A stretch of DNA of 64,000 bases from a virus: IMG/VR virus record IMGVR_UViG_3300020733_000010, positions 96,001 through 160,000 of that record. One strand, written 5' to 3'. Made by a program: the position numbers and the translations under genes. Of the stretch, positions 19,914 to 30,140 are shown one piece after another. Below the pieces are notes generated by a model. That model ran no database searches. It was not told the DNA's origin and was given only the letters and a program-made list of their open reading frames with translations. Within the stretch, counting starts at the first letter, position 1; each line of letters opens with the position of its first letter.

Positions 19914-22900
19914 ATGACAACAAAATATTTTAACGTTAAAGTTGGTATAACAACTGGTAATATCACACTAGATGCTGCATCCGGTAATATTACTGCTAGT
20001 AACGCTGCACTTGGTAACATTGCAACTGCTAATTACTTTAGCGGCAACGGTAGTTTACTAACTGCAATCGCTGGATCAAGTGTTACTGGACAAGTTGGTA
20101 ATGCACTGATTGCTGGAACAGTCTACTCAAATGCACAACCTAATATTACAAGCGTTGGTACACTAACAAGTTTAACTGTTACTGGTAACGTATCTGGTGG
20201 AAACTTAACGACAGGTGGTATAGTTAGTGCGACGGGTAACGTATCTGGTGGAAACTTAACGACACTTGGTGCGATTACTGCTATTGGTAATATTTCTGGT
20301 GGAAACTTATCAGGTACATTGATTTCTGGTACATTGAGTACTGCTGCACAACCAAATATTACAAGTACAGGTACACTTACATCACTAACAGTAACTGGTA
20401 ACGTAAGTGCAGGAAATGTAAGTGGTACTTATCTAACTGGTACATTAACTACAGCAAGTCAACCAAATGTAACAAGTTTGGGAACACTAACTAACTTGAT
20501 TGTTAGCAACGGTTCTGCATACTCTAATATTTATGGTAACGGTTCTATCAATACTAGTGGTAATATTTCTGCCCCATACTTCATTGGTAACTTCCAAGGT
20601 AACATCAGCGGTAACATCGTTGTACCTGGCTCAAATACTAACGTATTGTTTAACAATAATGGTAATGCTGGTGCAAGTTCAAACTTCTCTTATAATTACG
20701 GAACAAACATTTTAACATTGACTGGTAACTTAGTTACCGGTAATGCAAACTTAGGTAATTTAGCATATGCTAATTATCATCAAGGTGATGGTAGTTTATT
20801 AACAAATATCACAGGTGGCAATGTAACTGGTCAAGTAGGCAACGCATTGGTTGCGGGTACAGTTTATGGTGCAACACAATCTGCAATTACTAGTGTTGGT
20901 ACACTAACTAGCTTGACGGTAAGCGGAAACATCACCGGTGGTAACATTGATACTGCTGGTGTACTAAACGTACATAATACATTGAATGCAACTGGCACAG
21001 GTACTGGTGCATTGATTGTAACAGGTGGTGCAAGTGTTACTAAAGATTTGTATGTTGGCGGTAACATTTACGTACCAAACTTAATCTCTACAAACTCAAC
21101 AACTCTTGAAGTTCTTGATCCGTTGTTATATTTGTCATCTAACTCAACATATCCATACAGTTATGACATTGGTTTCTATAGTCACTTTACAGGTGGTACT
21201 GGTAATATCTATCAACACACTGGTTTGGTTCGTGACCATGCTGACGGTGCATGGTACTTGTTCAGTAATGCAGCAGAACCAAGTGGCGGTACAGTTGATT
21301 TAGGTAACGCAAACGTAGTATTTGATACATTGAAATTGGGTAACATTGTTGCTACTGGATTTGCAAACGCAGCAAGTGCAAACATTACAGGTAATATTGT
21401 TGCAGGTAATATTAATGGTGGTAACTTAGTTACAGCTAATTATATTAGTGGTAACGGTAGCTTATTGACAGCTATTGCTGGTTCAAGTGTTACGGGTCAA
21501 GTAGGTAATGCAGTAATTGCAGGTACAGTCTATACAGCAGCACAACCTAACATTACAAGTGTAAGCACATCATTCACTGGTTTGACATTTGCTTCAAACG
21601 GCAACATCACAATGAGTGGTACATTGAGTCAGTTGAGTGGAGCTAACTTAGTTTCTGCAACATATGTAGCAGGAACATTGACTACAGCAGCACAACCTAA
21701 CGTTACTAGCGTAGGCACACTAACTAGCTTAAGCGTTACTGGTAATGTGACTACTGGTAACGTAAGTGGTACTTATTTAACTGGTACACTAACTACAGCA
21801 AGTCAACCAAATGTAACTAGCTTAGGTACATTGACTGGTTTGAACGTCAATGGTGTAAGTAACGTAGGTCCAGTTGGTAATTTGATTATTACAGGTGGTA
21901 GCTCAGGATACTTATTACAAACTAACGGTTCCGGTGTACTAACTTGGGTAGCACCTCCTTCAACTTCTTCATTAGTTAACGGTACAAGTAATGTCAATAT
22001 TCCATCAAGTGGTGGAAATGTTAATACAAGTGTTGGCGGAACTGCTAACGTATTGGTTGTTACAAGTACTGGTGCTAACGTAACTGGTACAGTTAATGTA
22101 AGTGGCAATGTAATTGCACAAAGTAAATTACTAGTTGGAACAACTTCAACTTCATTGACTAATCCAGTCGCAGTATTTACTGGCTCTGGTGCAACTTATT
22201 CACAATTGTCAATGCAAAATCCAACCGGTACCGGTTCTGCTGATATTTCAGCATATGGTAATAACGGTGACGATACACAGAGTTGGGCAGACATGGGCTT
22301 TACTGGAAACAGTTTCAGTGATGCTAACTATACAGTAACAGCAGCAGGTGATGGTTACTTTTTTGTACAAGGTAATACAAGTTTTGGTGGTAACATGGTT
22401 ATCGCTACTGGTAACACCGGTACTACAAAAGATATTATCTTTGCTACAGGTGGATTCCAAACAGCTAACATCAAAGCAAGATTATATAATGCAAACGGTG
22501 CATTCAGTGTAACAGGCAACATTAATGCAGGTAATGTATCAGGTGGCAACTTAGTTTCTGCTAACTACGTTTCAGGTAACGGTTCATTACTAACATCAAT
22601 TACAGGAGCTAACGTTACTGGTACAGTAAGTGCAGCAACAACAGCAGGAACTGTAACAACAAATGCACAACCTAATATTAATAGTGTTGGTACACTAACA
22701 AGCGTAGCGGTTACAGGCAATGCAACAGTTGGTAACGTTAAGGTTAACGGTGGTATATTAAGTAATAGAAGTAACGTATCAATTCCTGGTACAAGTACTG
22801 ATACAATTATTGATCAATTCCCTACAAGCAGTTTTAGAAGTGCTAAATATTACATCACTGGTAAAGGTACAGACGGATATCAATCTGCTGAAATTTTGCT

Positions 22901-23081
22901 AGTACAAGACGGCACGAACAGTTACATTACAATTTATGGAAGTATCTGTTCAAATGCTACTGCGGATCTATTGAACTTCTCAAGTAACGTTGATGGAGTT
23001 AGTGGAAACGTAAGAGTATATGCAAACTCTGCAAGTGCAAGTACAACGGTTAATTTAATACCAATCTACTTGAACGACTAA
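19914..23081 (+). CDS. Repeat-rich virion fibre protein (1055 aa)
   Basis: Same repeat family; C-terminal DQFP..FRSAKY..YQSAEILLV..YITIYGS domain paralogous to that of 13551-19895. Confidence 0.72.
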   Translation: MTTKYFNVKVGITTGNITLDAASGNITASNAALGNIATANYFSGNGSLLTAIAGSSVTGQVGNALIAGTVYSNAQPNITSVGTLTSLTVTGNVSGGNLTTGGIVSATGNVSGGNLTTLGAITAIGNISGGNLSGTLISGTLSTAAQPNITSTGTLTSLTVTGNVSAGNVSGTYLTGTLTTASQPNVTSLGTLTNLIVSNGSAYSNIYGNGSINTSGNISAPYFIGNFQGNISGNIVVPGSNTNVLFNNNGNAGASSNFSYNYGTNILTLTGNLVTGNANLGNLAYANYHQGDGSLLTNITGGNVTGQVGNALVAGTVYGATQSAITSVGTLTSLTVSGNITGGNIDTAGVLNVHNTLNATGTGTGALIVTGGASVTKDLYVGGNIYVPNLISTNSTTLEVLDPLLYLSSNSTYPYSYDIGFYSHFTGGTGNIYQHTGLVRDHADGAWYLFSNAAEPSGGTVDLGNANVVFDTLKLGNIVATGFANAASANITGNIVAGNINGGNLVTANYISGNGSLLTAIAGSSVTGQVGNAVIAGTVYTAAQPNITSVSTSFTGLTFASNGNITMSGTLSQLSGANLVSATYVAGTLTTAAQPNVTSVGTLTSLSVTGNVTTGNVSGTYLTGTLTTASQPNVTSLGTLTGLNVNGVSNVGPVGNLIITGGSSGYLLQTNGSGVLTWVAPPSTSSLVNGTSNVNIPSSGGNVNTSVGGTANVLVVTSTGANVTGTVNVSGNVIAQSKLLVGTTSTSLTNPVAVFTGSGATYSQLSMQNPTGTGSADISAYGNNGDDTQSWADMGFTGNSFSDANYTVTAAGDGYFFVQGNTSFGGNMVIATGNTGTTKDIIFATGGFQTANIKARLYNANGAFSVTGNINAGNVSGGNLVSANYVSGNGSLLTSITGANVTGTVSAATTAGTVTTNAQPNINSVGTLTSVAVTGNATVGNVKVNGGILSNRSNVSIPGTSTDTIIDQFPTSSFRSAKYYITGKGTDGYQSAEILLVQDGTNSYITIYGSICSNATADLLNFSSNVDGVSGNVRVYANSASASTTVNLIPIYLND

Positions 23082-23084
23082 AAA

Positions 23085-23106
23085 TATAGGGCTGAAAAGC
23101 CCTATA
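23085..23106. terminator. 9-bp GNRA hairpin overlapping a late promoter; T-tract on the minus strand
   Basis: TATAGGGCT-GAAA-AGCCCTATA, preceded by AAAAA (23080-23084), which reads as a U-tract for antisense transcripts. Confidence 0.45.
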
Positions 23107-23110
23107 AATA
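23103..23110 (+). promoter_or_regulatory. Perfect T4 late promoter consensus TATAAATA
   Basis: Exact gp55-type consensus, 29 nt upstream of the GTG at 23140. Confidence 0.7.
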
Positions 23111-23139
23111 CAATTTGATTATACAGGGAATATGGAACT

Positions 23140-25074
23140 GTGACAACGGGTTTTACGAAGAATTTCGTAGTTAAGAATGGCTTAACTACCGGAAATATCA
23201 TTTTGGATGCTGGTAGCAGCAATATTACAGCAAACACCGTTGTCGCAAACCTGTCTGTCCCTGCATCGGCAAATCTAGGTGCTGTTGGAAATATCATCAT
23301 CACCGGTGGCTCTAGTGGTCAATATCTACAAACAAATGGTGCAGGTGGATTAACTTGGGCATCAGCTGGATCATCCGGTGCTATTGTTAACTCTGCTTTC
23401 ATATTCAACGAATTCACTGCAAACGGTGTACAAAATGCATTTACATTGAGTTCAACCCCTGATAGTATTAACCAGATTCTAGTTAACTATAACGGTGTAT
23501 TACAAAATCAATCAGCATATACACTAAGCGGAAACATAGTTACATTCACAGAAACACCTGTTAATACTGCAAAAATTGATGTTATGGTTGTCACAGGTAC
23601 TGCACCTGCAAATAGCCTATATATCCCACAAGGTTCTTCGGGATCAATACAATTTACAAATAGCAGTGGTGCCCTTGCTGCTAGTGCTAACTTAACTTTT
23701 GCCACATCATCTAACACATTATCAACTGGAAACTTAGTACTATCCGGTACAGCAAACGTACATGATGTTAACATAACTGGTAACATGGTACCAACTGTTG
23801 CGAATACTTATAATTTGGGTAGTCCTACTAACTATTATAAGAGTATCTACGTTGGTCCCGGATCGTTATATGTTGATGGACAAAAAGTTTTACAGTCAAA
23901 TTCAGGAACAATCGTTGTTTCTGCTGATGTAAACCAAGATTTAGATATTTCAACTTCAGGATCAGGTGGCATTCGTTTGAATCCAACTGGTTCTGGCATT
24001 ATTTCATTGCAGGGTACAATTCAAATCCAAGGTGGTAATCATGTTACAAGTAGTGACGGTAACCCTATTGTGTTTACTAATGCAATTGACGTAGATAATA
24101 TAGGTGCAACTACTACAAACGGTGATTTAACATTAGCAGGTAATGGGTCAGGTAATGTTCACATAAACTCTAATTCAGTTGTAACTGGTACATTGTCTAT
24201 CACAGGTACCGGTAACTTAGTAGTTGGGAATACAATTACTGCGGCTTATTACATAGGTAACGGAAGTCAATTAACTGGAATTGTAGCATCAACTGCTACA
24301 ACCGCTAATACAGTTACGGGTAACTCACAATCAAATATTACAAGTGTCGGCACACTAACAAGTTTAACAGTTAGTGGTTTAACAACTGCTACTGGTAATA
24401 TAAGAACAGCAGCAATACAAGATACATCAGGTACAACTACACTATTAACCAAATACAATAACAATTCAGGTGATATCGGTGTTTATGGAAATATTGTAGC
24501 GGGAACTAGCGGTACAGGTAATGTAACTGCATCATATCATATTGGTAATGGTAGTTTACTATCAAGTATCACAGGTAGTAACGTAACTGGTCAAGTAGGT
24601 AATGCACTAGTTGCAGGAACAGTATACACGGCAGCACAACCAAGTATTACAAGTCTAGGTAACTTAACTATTGCTAACGTAACAGGAAACTTAACTACAA
24701 CTGGTTGGTTAAGTATGCAGCAAGCAACCGAAACATTGAACACCAAAACCGGTGCTACTGGAACAGTTAACCATGATATTTCTACTGGCGCAGTGTTTAT
24801 TCACACAGGGATTTCTGCGAACTTTACAACAAACTTGCAAAACGTGCCAACTACTAATAGTCAGGTTATCAGTGTTACATTATTCTTAAATCAAGGATCA
24901 ACACCGTATTATGCGAATGCTGTTCAAATTAACGGTGGCGCAGCAACATTGTTGTGGCCTAGTGCAACTGCACCAACACCCACTGCAAACAGATACGAGA
25001 CAGAGACATTTACATTAGTGAGAACGTCGGGCGGCGCATGGCAAGTGTATGGATCATATAACTCATTTGGATAA
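23140..25074 (+). CDS. Virion fibre protein with a C-terminal adaptor-type domain
   Basis: GTG start; repeat modules; the C-terminal ~110 aa is paralogous to the proteins at 39671-40219 and 45770-46405. Confidence 0.7.
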   Translation: MTTGFTKNFVVKNGLTTGNIILDAGSSNITANTVVANLSVPASANLGAVGNIIITGGSSGQYLQTNGAGGLTWASAGSSGAIVNSAFIFNEFTANGVQNAFTLSSTPDSINQILVNYNGVLQNQSAYTLSGNIVTFTETPVNTAKIDVMVVTGTAPANSLYIPQGSSGSIQFTNSSGALAASANLTFATSSNTLSTGNLVLSGTANVHDVNITGNMVPTVANTYNLGSPTNYYKSIYVGPGSLYVDGQKVLQSNSGTIVVSADVNQDLDISTSGSGGIRLNPTGSGIISLQGTIQIQGGNHVTSSDGNPIVFTNAIDVDNIGATTTNGDLTLAGNGSGNVHINSNSVVTGTLSITGTGNLVVGNTITAAYYIGNGSQLTGIVASTATTANTVTGNSQSNITSVGTLTSLTVSGLTTATGNIRTAAIQDTSGTTTLLTKYNNNSGDIGVYGNIVAGTSGTGNVTASYHIGNGSLLSSITGSNVTGQVGNALVAGTVYTAAQPSITSLGNLTIANVTGNLTTTGWLSMQQATETLNTKTGATGTVNHDISTGAVFIHTGISANFTTNLQNVPTTNSQVISVTLFLNQGSTPYYANAVQINGGAATLLWPSATAPTPTANRYETETFTLVRTSGGAWQVYGSYNSFG

Positions 25075-25093
25075 AATACTAGTATAGGAACAA

Positions 25094-25100
25094 ATAAATA
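25094..25100 (+). promoter_or_regulatory. Late promoter box ATAAATA, 4 nt before ATG
   Basis: aaATAAATAcattATG. Confidence 0.55.
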
Positions 25101-25104
25101 CATT

Positions 25105-28100
25105 ATGTCATTATTAAAAGTACCCGGTTTTGCGTTAGACAGTACAAGCAATTTTACGTTTGCTAATGCTACCGTCACGAGTAATCTGGTATCAGGTAAC
25201 GCTAATCTAGGTAATGTTGTTATTGCAAACTACTTTGTTGGTAACGGGTCACTATTGACTGGCTTACCTGCAAGCTACTCAAACACCAACGTAGCAGCAT
25301 ATTTACCAACATATACCGGTAATCTAACAAGTGGTAATGCTAACTTAGGTAATTTAGTTGTTGCTAACTACCATAGTGGTAATGGATATTTGTTATCTGG
25401 AATCACTGGTGCTAATGTAACTGGACAAGTAGGTAATGCATTAATAGCCGGTACTGTATATACTAATGCACAACCCAACATCACAAGTGTTGGTACATTA
25501 ACGAGTTTAAGTGTAACTGGAAACGTATCTGCAAGTTACTTTATTGGTAACGGTAGTCAACTAACAGGTTTACCAGCAAGCTATTCAAATACAAACGTAG
25601 CAGCATATTTACCAACATATGCAGGTGCATTGAGTGCAACAGACACAACAATTACTGGTAACTTGACAGTTTCTGGTAACTTTGAATATGTAAATTCAAC
25701 CATACTACGAATTGAAGATCCAGTTATTGAACAAGGTGGCGGACCAAACGCTACTGCATTGTCAAGTAACGATGGAATGGATCGTGGTCAATTATTACAT
25801 TACTATACAACAACACCTGTTGATGCATTCATGGGTTGGAAAAATAGTGCTGGTGAATTTGTATTTGCTAGTAATGCATCATTGGCAAACAATGTTGCAA
25901 CAATCAACACATATGGTAATATTCACACCGGTAATGCTAACTTAGGTAACTTAGTAACCGCAAATTACTACACAGGTAATGGTTATCTATTGTCAGGCAT
26001 TACTGGTGCTAATGTAACAGGTACTGTAGCAACTGCAAATAATGCAAGCTATCTAGGTGGTACAGCAGCGGCAAGTTATTTATTAACAACAGGTACAGGT
26101 AGTTCACTTACAGCACCCAATGGTGCTAATGTAACCGGAACTGTTTCATATGCAAACAACGCAAACTACTTAGGCGGTACTGCTGCTTCAGGATACTTAT
26201 TGATTACTGGTACAGGAAGTTCACTAACTGCACCAAACGGAGCGAATGTCACGGGTACAGTAGCAAATGCAAATTATGCATTATATGCGGGTACAGTAAC
26301 GACTAATGCACAGCCTAATATTACAAGTTTGGGTAATCTAACCAGTGCTAATATTACAGGTAACTTAACTGTAGGTAACATCAGTGGTGCAAATGCAATT
26401 AGTGCAAACTATTTTGTAGGTAATGGTAGTTTATTGACTGGATTACCAGCAAGCTATTCAAATACAAACGTTGCAGCTTATCTACCAACATATACAGGTA
26501 ACTTCAGTGCAGGTAATATATCAGTAACTACAACTGCAAACGTAAGTAACTTAGTTGTCACAAGTAATGCTAACTTAGGCGCTGTTGGTAATGTTCATAT
26601 TTCAGGCGGTAGTTCTGGTTATGTATTGAGCACAGACGGTTCTGGATCATTAAGTTGGGTAGCACAAAGCGGTAGCGGCGGCGGAAGTGTAACTCCAAGT
26701 CAATATATTACAAAATATGATTTGGGAACTAATCAGTCACTAACTAATAACACAGATAACACGGTTCACTTTGACACTTCGGTGTATGATCCGCAAAGTT
26801 GGTTCAACACAGGTACATATCAGTTTAAGCCTACTATTGCAGGCTACTATAAAATAACATTTGGTGCTTGGTTCACTACTGGTTCTAATGGTACTGGCCA
26901 ACAATTCAACGTCCAGATTCGTAAAAACGGGTCAGGTCTTACTATTGTACAACAACCTGAACTTGGAAACGTAGGTCAGGGTTTAATCGCAACTGACACT
27001 ATCTACTTGAATGGTGGAAGTGATTACTTGACATTCACCGCATATGCTAGTACAGGAACAATTTCATTAACTTCAGGCAATGGTACTTATTTTGAAGCAT
27101 TCTTAATTGGTTCTGCAAGTGCAACATCGAATATTGGTAACGGCAACAGCAACATAAACGTTGCAAGTGCAAACGCCAACGTTACTGTCAGTGTCAATAA
27201 TACTTCAAACATAGCAGTATTTGCAAATACTGGTGTTACTATAAATGGTAACATAACAACATCTGCAAATAGTAATATTAATGTAGGTGGTGAGTTAGTA
27301 GTCAACAACTATAATCAACATGGTGGCGCAGGATATGCTGGTATCATCACAATGACAAACAGTGGTGGTGGTTCTAATCCTAACAAGTTTTTACGTTTAA
27401 ATAGTACTGGATCAATAGAAATAATAAACAGTGGTTATTCAGCAACTATATTCACTTTGACTGACAGTGGTAATCTAACTGTACCCGGAAACGTTAGCGC
27501 ATCAAATTATATAGGTAACGGTAGTGCTTTATCTAGTTTAACTGGTGCAAACGTAACTGGACAAGTATCTAATAGTCTAGTAGCCGGTACAGTATATACT
27601 AATGCTCAACCAAATATTACAAGTGTTGGTACATTAACTAGTTTAACCGTAACTGGAAACATCTCTAGCGGTAACGCTAATTTAGGCAATCTAGTAACTA
27701 GTAACTACTTTACTGGTAATGGCAGTTTATTAACAAGTTTAACCGGAGCTAATGTAATTGGCACAGTAGCTAATGCAACATATGCGGCTAGTGCAGGAAG
27801 TGCAACTACATCAGGTACAGTTACTACAAACGCTCAACCAAATATTACAAGTGTTGGTACATTAACTAGTCTAACTGTTACTGCAAACATTACATCAGGT
27901 AATGCAAACTTAGGTAACTTAGTATATGCTAATTATCATCAAGGTGACGGTAGTTTACTAACAAATATTACAGGTGCCAATGTAACTGGCACTGTTGCAA
28001 CAGCAAATAACGCAAGTTATCTGGGTGGCACAGCGGCAGCAAGCTACCTGTTAACGACAGGTACAGGTAGTTTACTTACAGCTCCTAACGGAGCGAACGT

Positions 28101-30138
28101 AACAGGTACAGTTGCCAATTCAAATTACTCAATATTTGCTGGCACTGTATTAACTAATGCACAACCTAATATTACTAGTGTCGGTACACTAACTGGCTTA
28201 ACAGTATCAGGTAACACAACAATTACAGGTAACTTGTCAGTCACTGGTTCATTAGAATATATAAACAGCAACGCAATCTATCTTCAAGATCCAGTCATTC
28301 AACAAGGTGGCGGTGCAAATGGTGCGGCACTATCAACTAATGATGGATACGACCGTGGTACATTATTACATTATTACACCACTTCAACAGTCGATGCATT
28401 CATGGGTTGGAAAAATAGTGCTGGTGAGTTTGTATTTGCTAGTAACGCTTCATTAGCTAACAATGTAGCAACTATAAACACGTATGGTAACATACACACA
28501 GGTAATGCTAACTTAGGTAACTTAGCAACAAGTAACTACTTTACTGGTAATGGATATCTATTAGCCGGCATCACAGGCGCAAATGTGACCGGTCAAGTTG
28601 CTAATGCATTACTAGCAGGAACGGTTTATACAAATGCACAGCCTAACATTACTAGTGTTGGATCACTAACTAACTTGACACTAGCTGCAAATGGCAACAT
28701 CACACTAAGTGGTTCATTAAGTCAAGTTACCGGTGCTAATTTACTAAGTGGTACGTATTTAGCAGGTACGTTGACCACAGCAGCACAACCCAACATCACT
28801 AGCTTAGGTAACTTGACTAGTGCTAACGTTGCAGGTAACTTAATTGTAGGTAATGTCAGTGGTGCAAATGCAATTAGTGCAAACTATTTTGTAGGTAACG
28901 GATCATTACTTACTGGATTACCTGCAAGTTATTCAAACGCAAACGTAGCAAGTTATTTACCAACTTATACTGGGAACATAACTGCCGGTAACATTACTAC
29001 AACTAGTTTAGAAACTGTAGGTAATTTGACTACAACCGGTAACGTCAGTGCAGGCAACTTATTAACAAATAACATATTGTATGCAAACGGTGTTGCTTGG
29101 AGCTTTAGTAATTCATCAGGCAATGCAAACTATGCTAACTTTGCCGGTACTGTATTAACTAGTGCTCAGCCTAATATTACTAGTGTTGGTACATTAACAA
29201 GTTTAACAGTTAGTGGATTAGTAACTGCAACCGGTACCGGCATCAAAGTTGCTAATATACAAGACACAACTGGTACTATTACTATTGCAACAAACTATGG
29301 TAGTAAAGCCGGGGACGTGGGTATTTATGGAAACTTAACTGTAGGTACAAGTGGAACTGGAAACACAACTACTAGCGGTTTAACTGCAACCGGTAACGTT
29401 ACATTCACCAGTAGTCCAAACGTAAGTTTAGGAGCAGTTGGTAATGTAAAAATTACTGGTGGTACTACAGGACAATATTTAAAAACAGATGGAACTGGTA
29501 ACTTAAGTTGGGCTACTGTTTCAGGTGGTAGTGGTAGTGGCATTACATATACTGCTAACGTAACACCACCAGGAACTGCAAACATTGCCGATCAATGGTT
29601 TAATACATCAACCAACACTTTATATGAGTATATAAATGATGGTGTTGCTAATTATTGGGTAGATATTCAAACACCAACCGTTTCATCAAGTTCAACTAAT
29701 GTAACAATTGCAGGGTTTGTGTCAAGAACATACACAGGTGATGGTTCTACTGTTAATTTTACTATCAGTTCTAACTTATCCGCAGCCTCAGTAATAGTAA
29801 CAGAAAACGGTGTTGTTCAAGTACCAACTACTGATTACACAGTATCAGGAACAACATTAACATTTATATCTGCACCGTTAACCGGGGTGGTTATTCAAAT
29901 TCGTGAATTAGCTTATGCTACTCCACAAGTAAACAATCTGACAGCAACAGGTAATGTTGCAGTTAGTAACTTAACTATTTCAGGAACAGCAAACTTGGGA
30001 CCAATAGGTAATGTAAAAATAACAGGTGGAACTTCAGGTCAATTAATTTCAACTGACGGAACAGGTAACTTAAGTTTCATAACTCCAGTATCTAGCAATG
30101 CTAGAATAGTTGGATATAATTTAGTATTCGGGATGTAA
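25105..30138 (+). CDS. Giant repeat-rich fibre stalk (1677 aa) with an internal C1q/TNF-like beta-domain
   Basis: Repeat modules, two internal duplicated blocks, an internal FDTSVYDP..F.PTIAGYYKITF segment reminiscent of C1q-like domains; ends in NLVFGM. Confidence 0.7.
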   Translation: MSLLKVPGFALDSTSNFTFANATVTSNLVSGNANLGNVVIANYFVGNGSLLTGLPASYSNTNVAAYLPTYTGNLTSGNANLGNLVVANYHSGNGYLLSGITGANVTGQVGNALIAGTVYTNAQPNITSVGTLTSLSVTGNVSASYFIGNGSQLTGLPASYSNTNVAAYLPTYAGALSATDTTITGNLTVSGNFEYVNSTILRIEDPVIEQGGGPNATALSSNDGMDRGQLLHYYTTTPVDAFMGWKNSAGEFVFASNASLANNVATINTYGNIHTGNANLGNLVTANYYTGNGYLLSGITGANVTGTVATANNASYLGGTAAASYLLTTGTGSSLTAPNGANVTGTVSYANNANYLGGTAASGYLLITGTGSSLTAPNGANVTGTVANANYALYAGTVTTNAQPNITSLGNLTSANITGNLTVGNISGANAISANYFVGNGSLLTGLPASYSNTNVAAYLPTYTGNFSAGNISVTTTANVSNLVVTSNANLGAVGNVHISGGSSGYVLSTDGSGSLSWVAQSGSGGGSVTPSQYITKYDLGTNQSLTNNTDNTVHFDTSVYDPQSWFNTGTYQFKPTIAGYYKITFGAWFTTGSNGTGQQFNVQIRKNGSGLTIVQQPELGNVGQGLIATDTIYLNGGSDYLTFTAYASTGTISLTSGNGTYFEAFLIGSASATSNIGNGNSNINVASANANVTVSVNNTSNIAVFANTGVTINGNITTSANSNINVGGELVVNNYNQHGGAGYAGIITMTNSGGGSNPNKFLRLNSTGSIEIINSGYSATIFTLTDSGNLTVPGNVSASNYIGNGSALSSLTGANVTGQVSNSLVAGTVYTNAQPNITSVGTLTSLTVTGNISSGNANLGNLVTSNYFTGNGSLLTSLTGANVIGTVANATYAASAGSATTSGTVTTNAQPNITSVGTLTSLTVTANITSGNANLGNLVYANYHQGDGSLLTNITGANVTGTVATANNASYLGGTAAASYLLTTGTGSLLTAPNGANVTGTVANSNYSIFAGTVLTNAQPNITSVGTLTGLTVSGNTTITGNLSVTGSLEYINSNAIYLQDPVIQQGGGANGAALSTNDGYDRGTLLHYYTTSTVDAFMGWKNSAGEFVFASNASLANNVATINTYGNIHTGNANLGNLATSNYFTGNGYLLAGITGANVTGQVANALLAGTVYTNAQPNITSVGSLTNLTLAANGNITLSGSLSQVTGANLLSGTYLAGTLTTAAQPNITSLGNLTSANVAGNLIVGNVSGANAISANYFVGNGSLLTGLPASYSNANVASYLPTYTGNITAGNITTTSLETVGNLTTTGNVSAGNLLTNNILYANGVAWSFSNSSGNANYANFAGTVLTSAQPNITSVGTLTSLTVSGLVTATGTGIKVANIQDTTGTITIATNYGSKAGDVGIYGNLTVGTSGTGNTTTSGLTATGNVTFTSSPNVSLGAVGNVKITGGTTGQYLKTDGTGNLSWATVSGGSGSGITYTANVTPPGTANIADQWFNTSTNTLYEYINDGVANYWVDIQTPTVSSSSTNVTIAGFVSRTYTGDGSTVNFTISSNLSAASVIVTENGVVQVPTTDYTVSGTTLTFISAPLTGVVIQIRELAYATPQVNNLTATGNVAVSNLTISGTANLGPIGNVKITGGTSGQLISTDGTGNLSFITPVSSNARIVGYNLVFGM

Positions 30139-30140
30139 AC

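Noticed and set aside
11500-30138. CRISPR-like array from the recurring AQPNITSVGTL DNA motif
   Set aside because: The repeats are in-frame coding units with variable wobble bases and irregular spacing; no cas genes.
11500-30138. Dense N-x-S/T sequons as evidence for N-glycosylation
   Set aside because: They follow directly from the Asn/Thr ladder of the structural repeats, and no oligosaccharyltransferase or glycosyltransferase is in the window.
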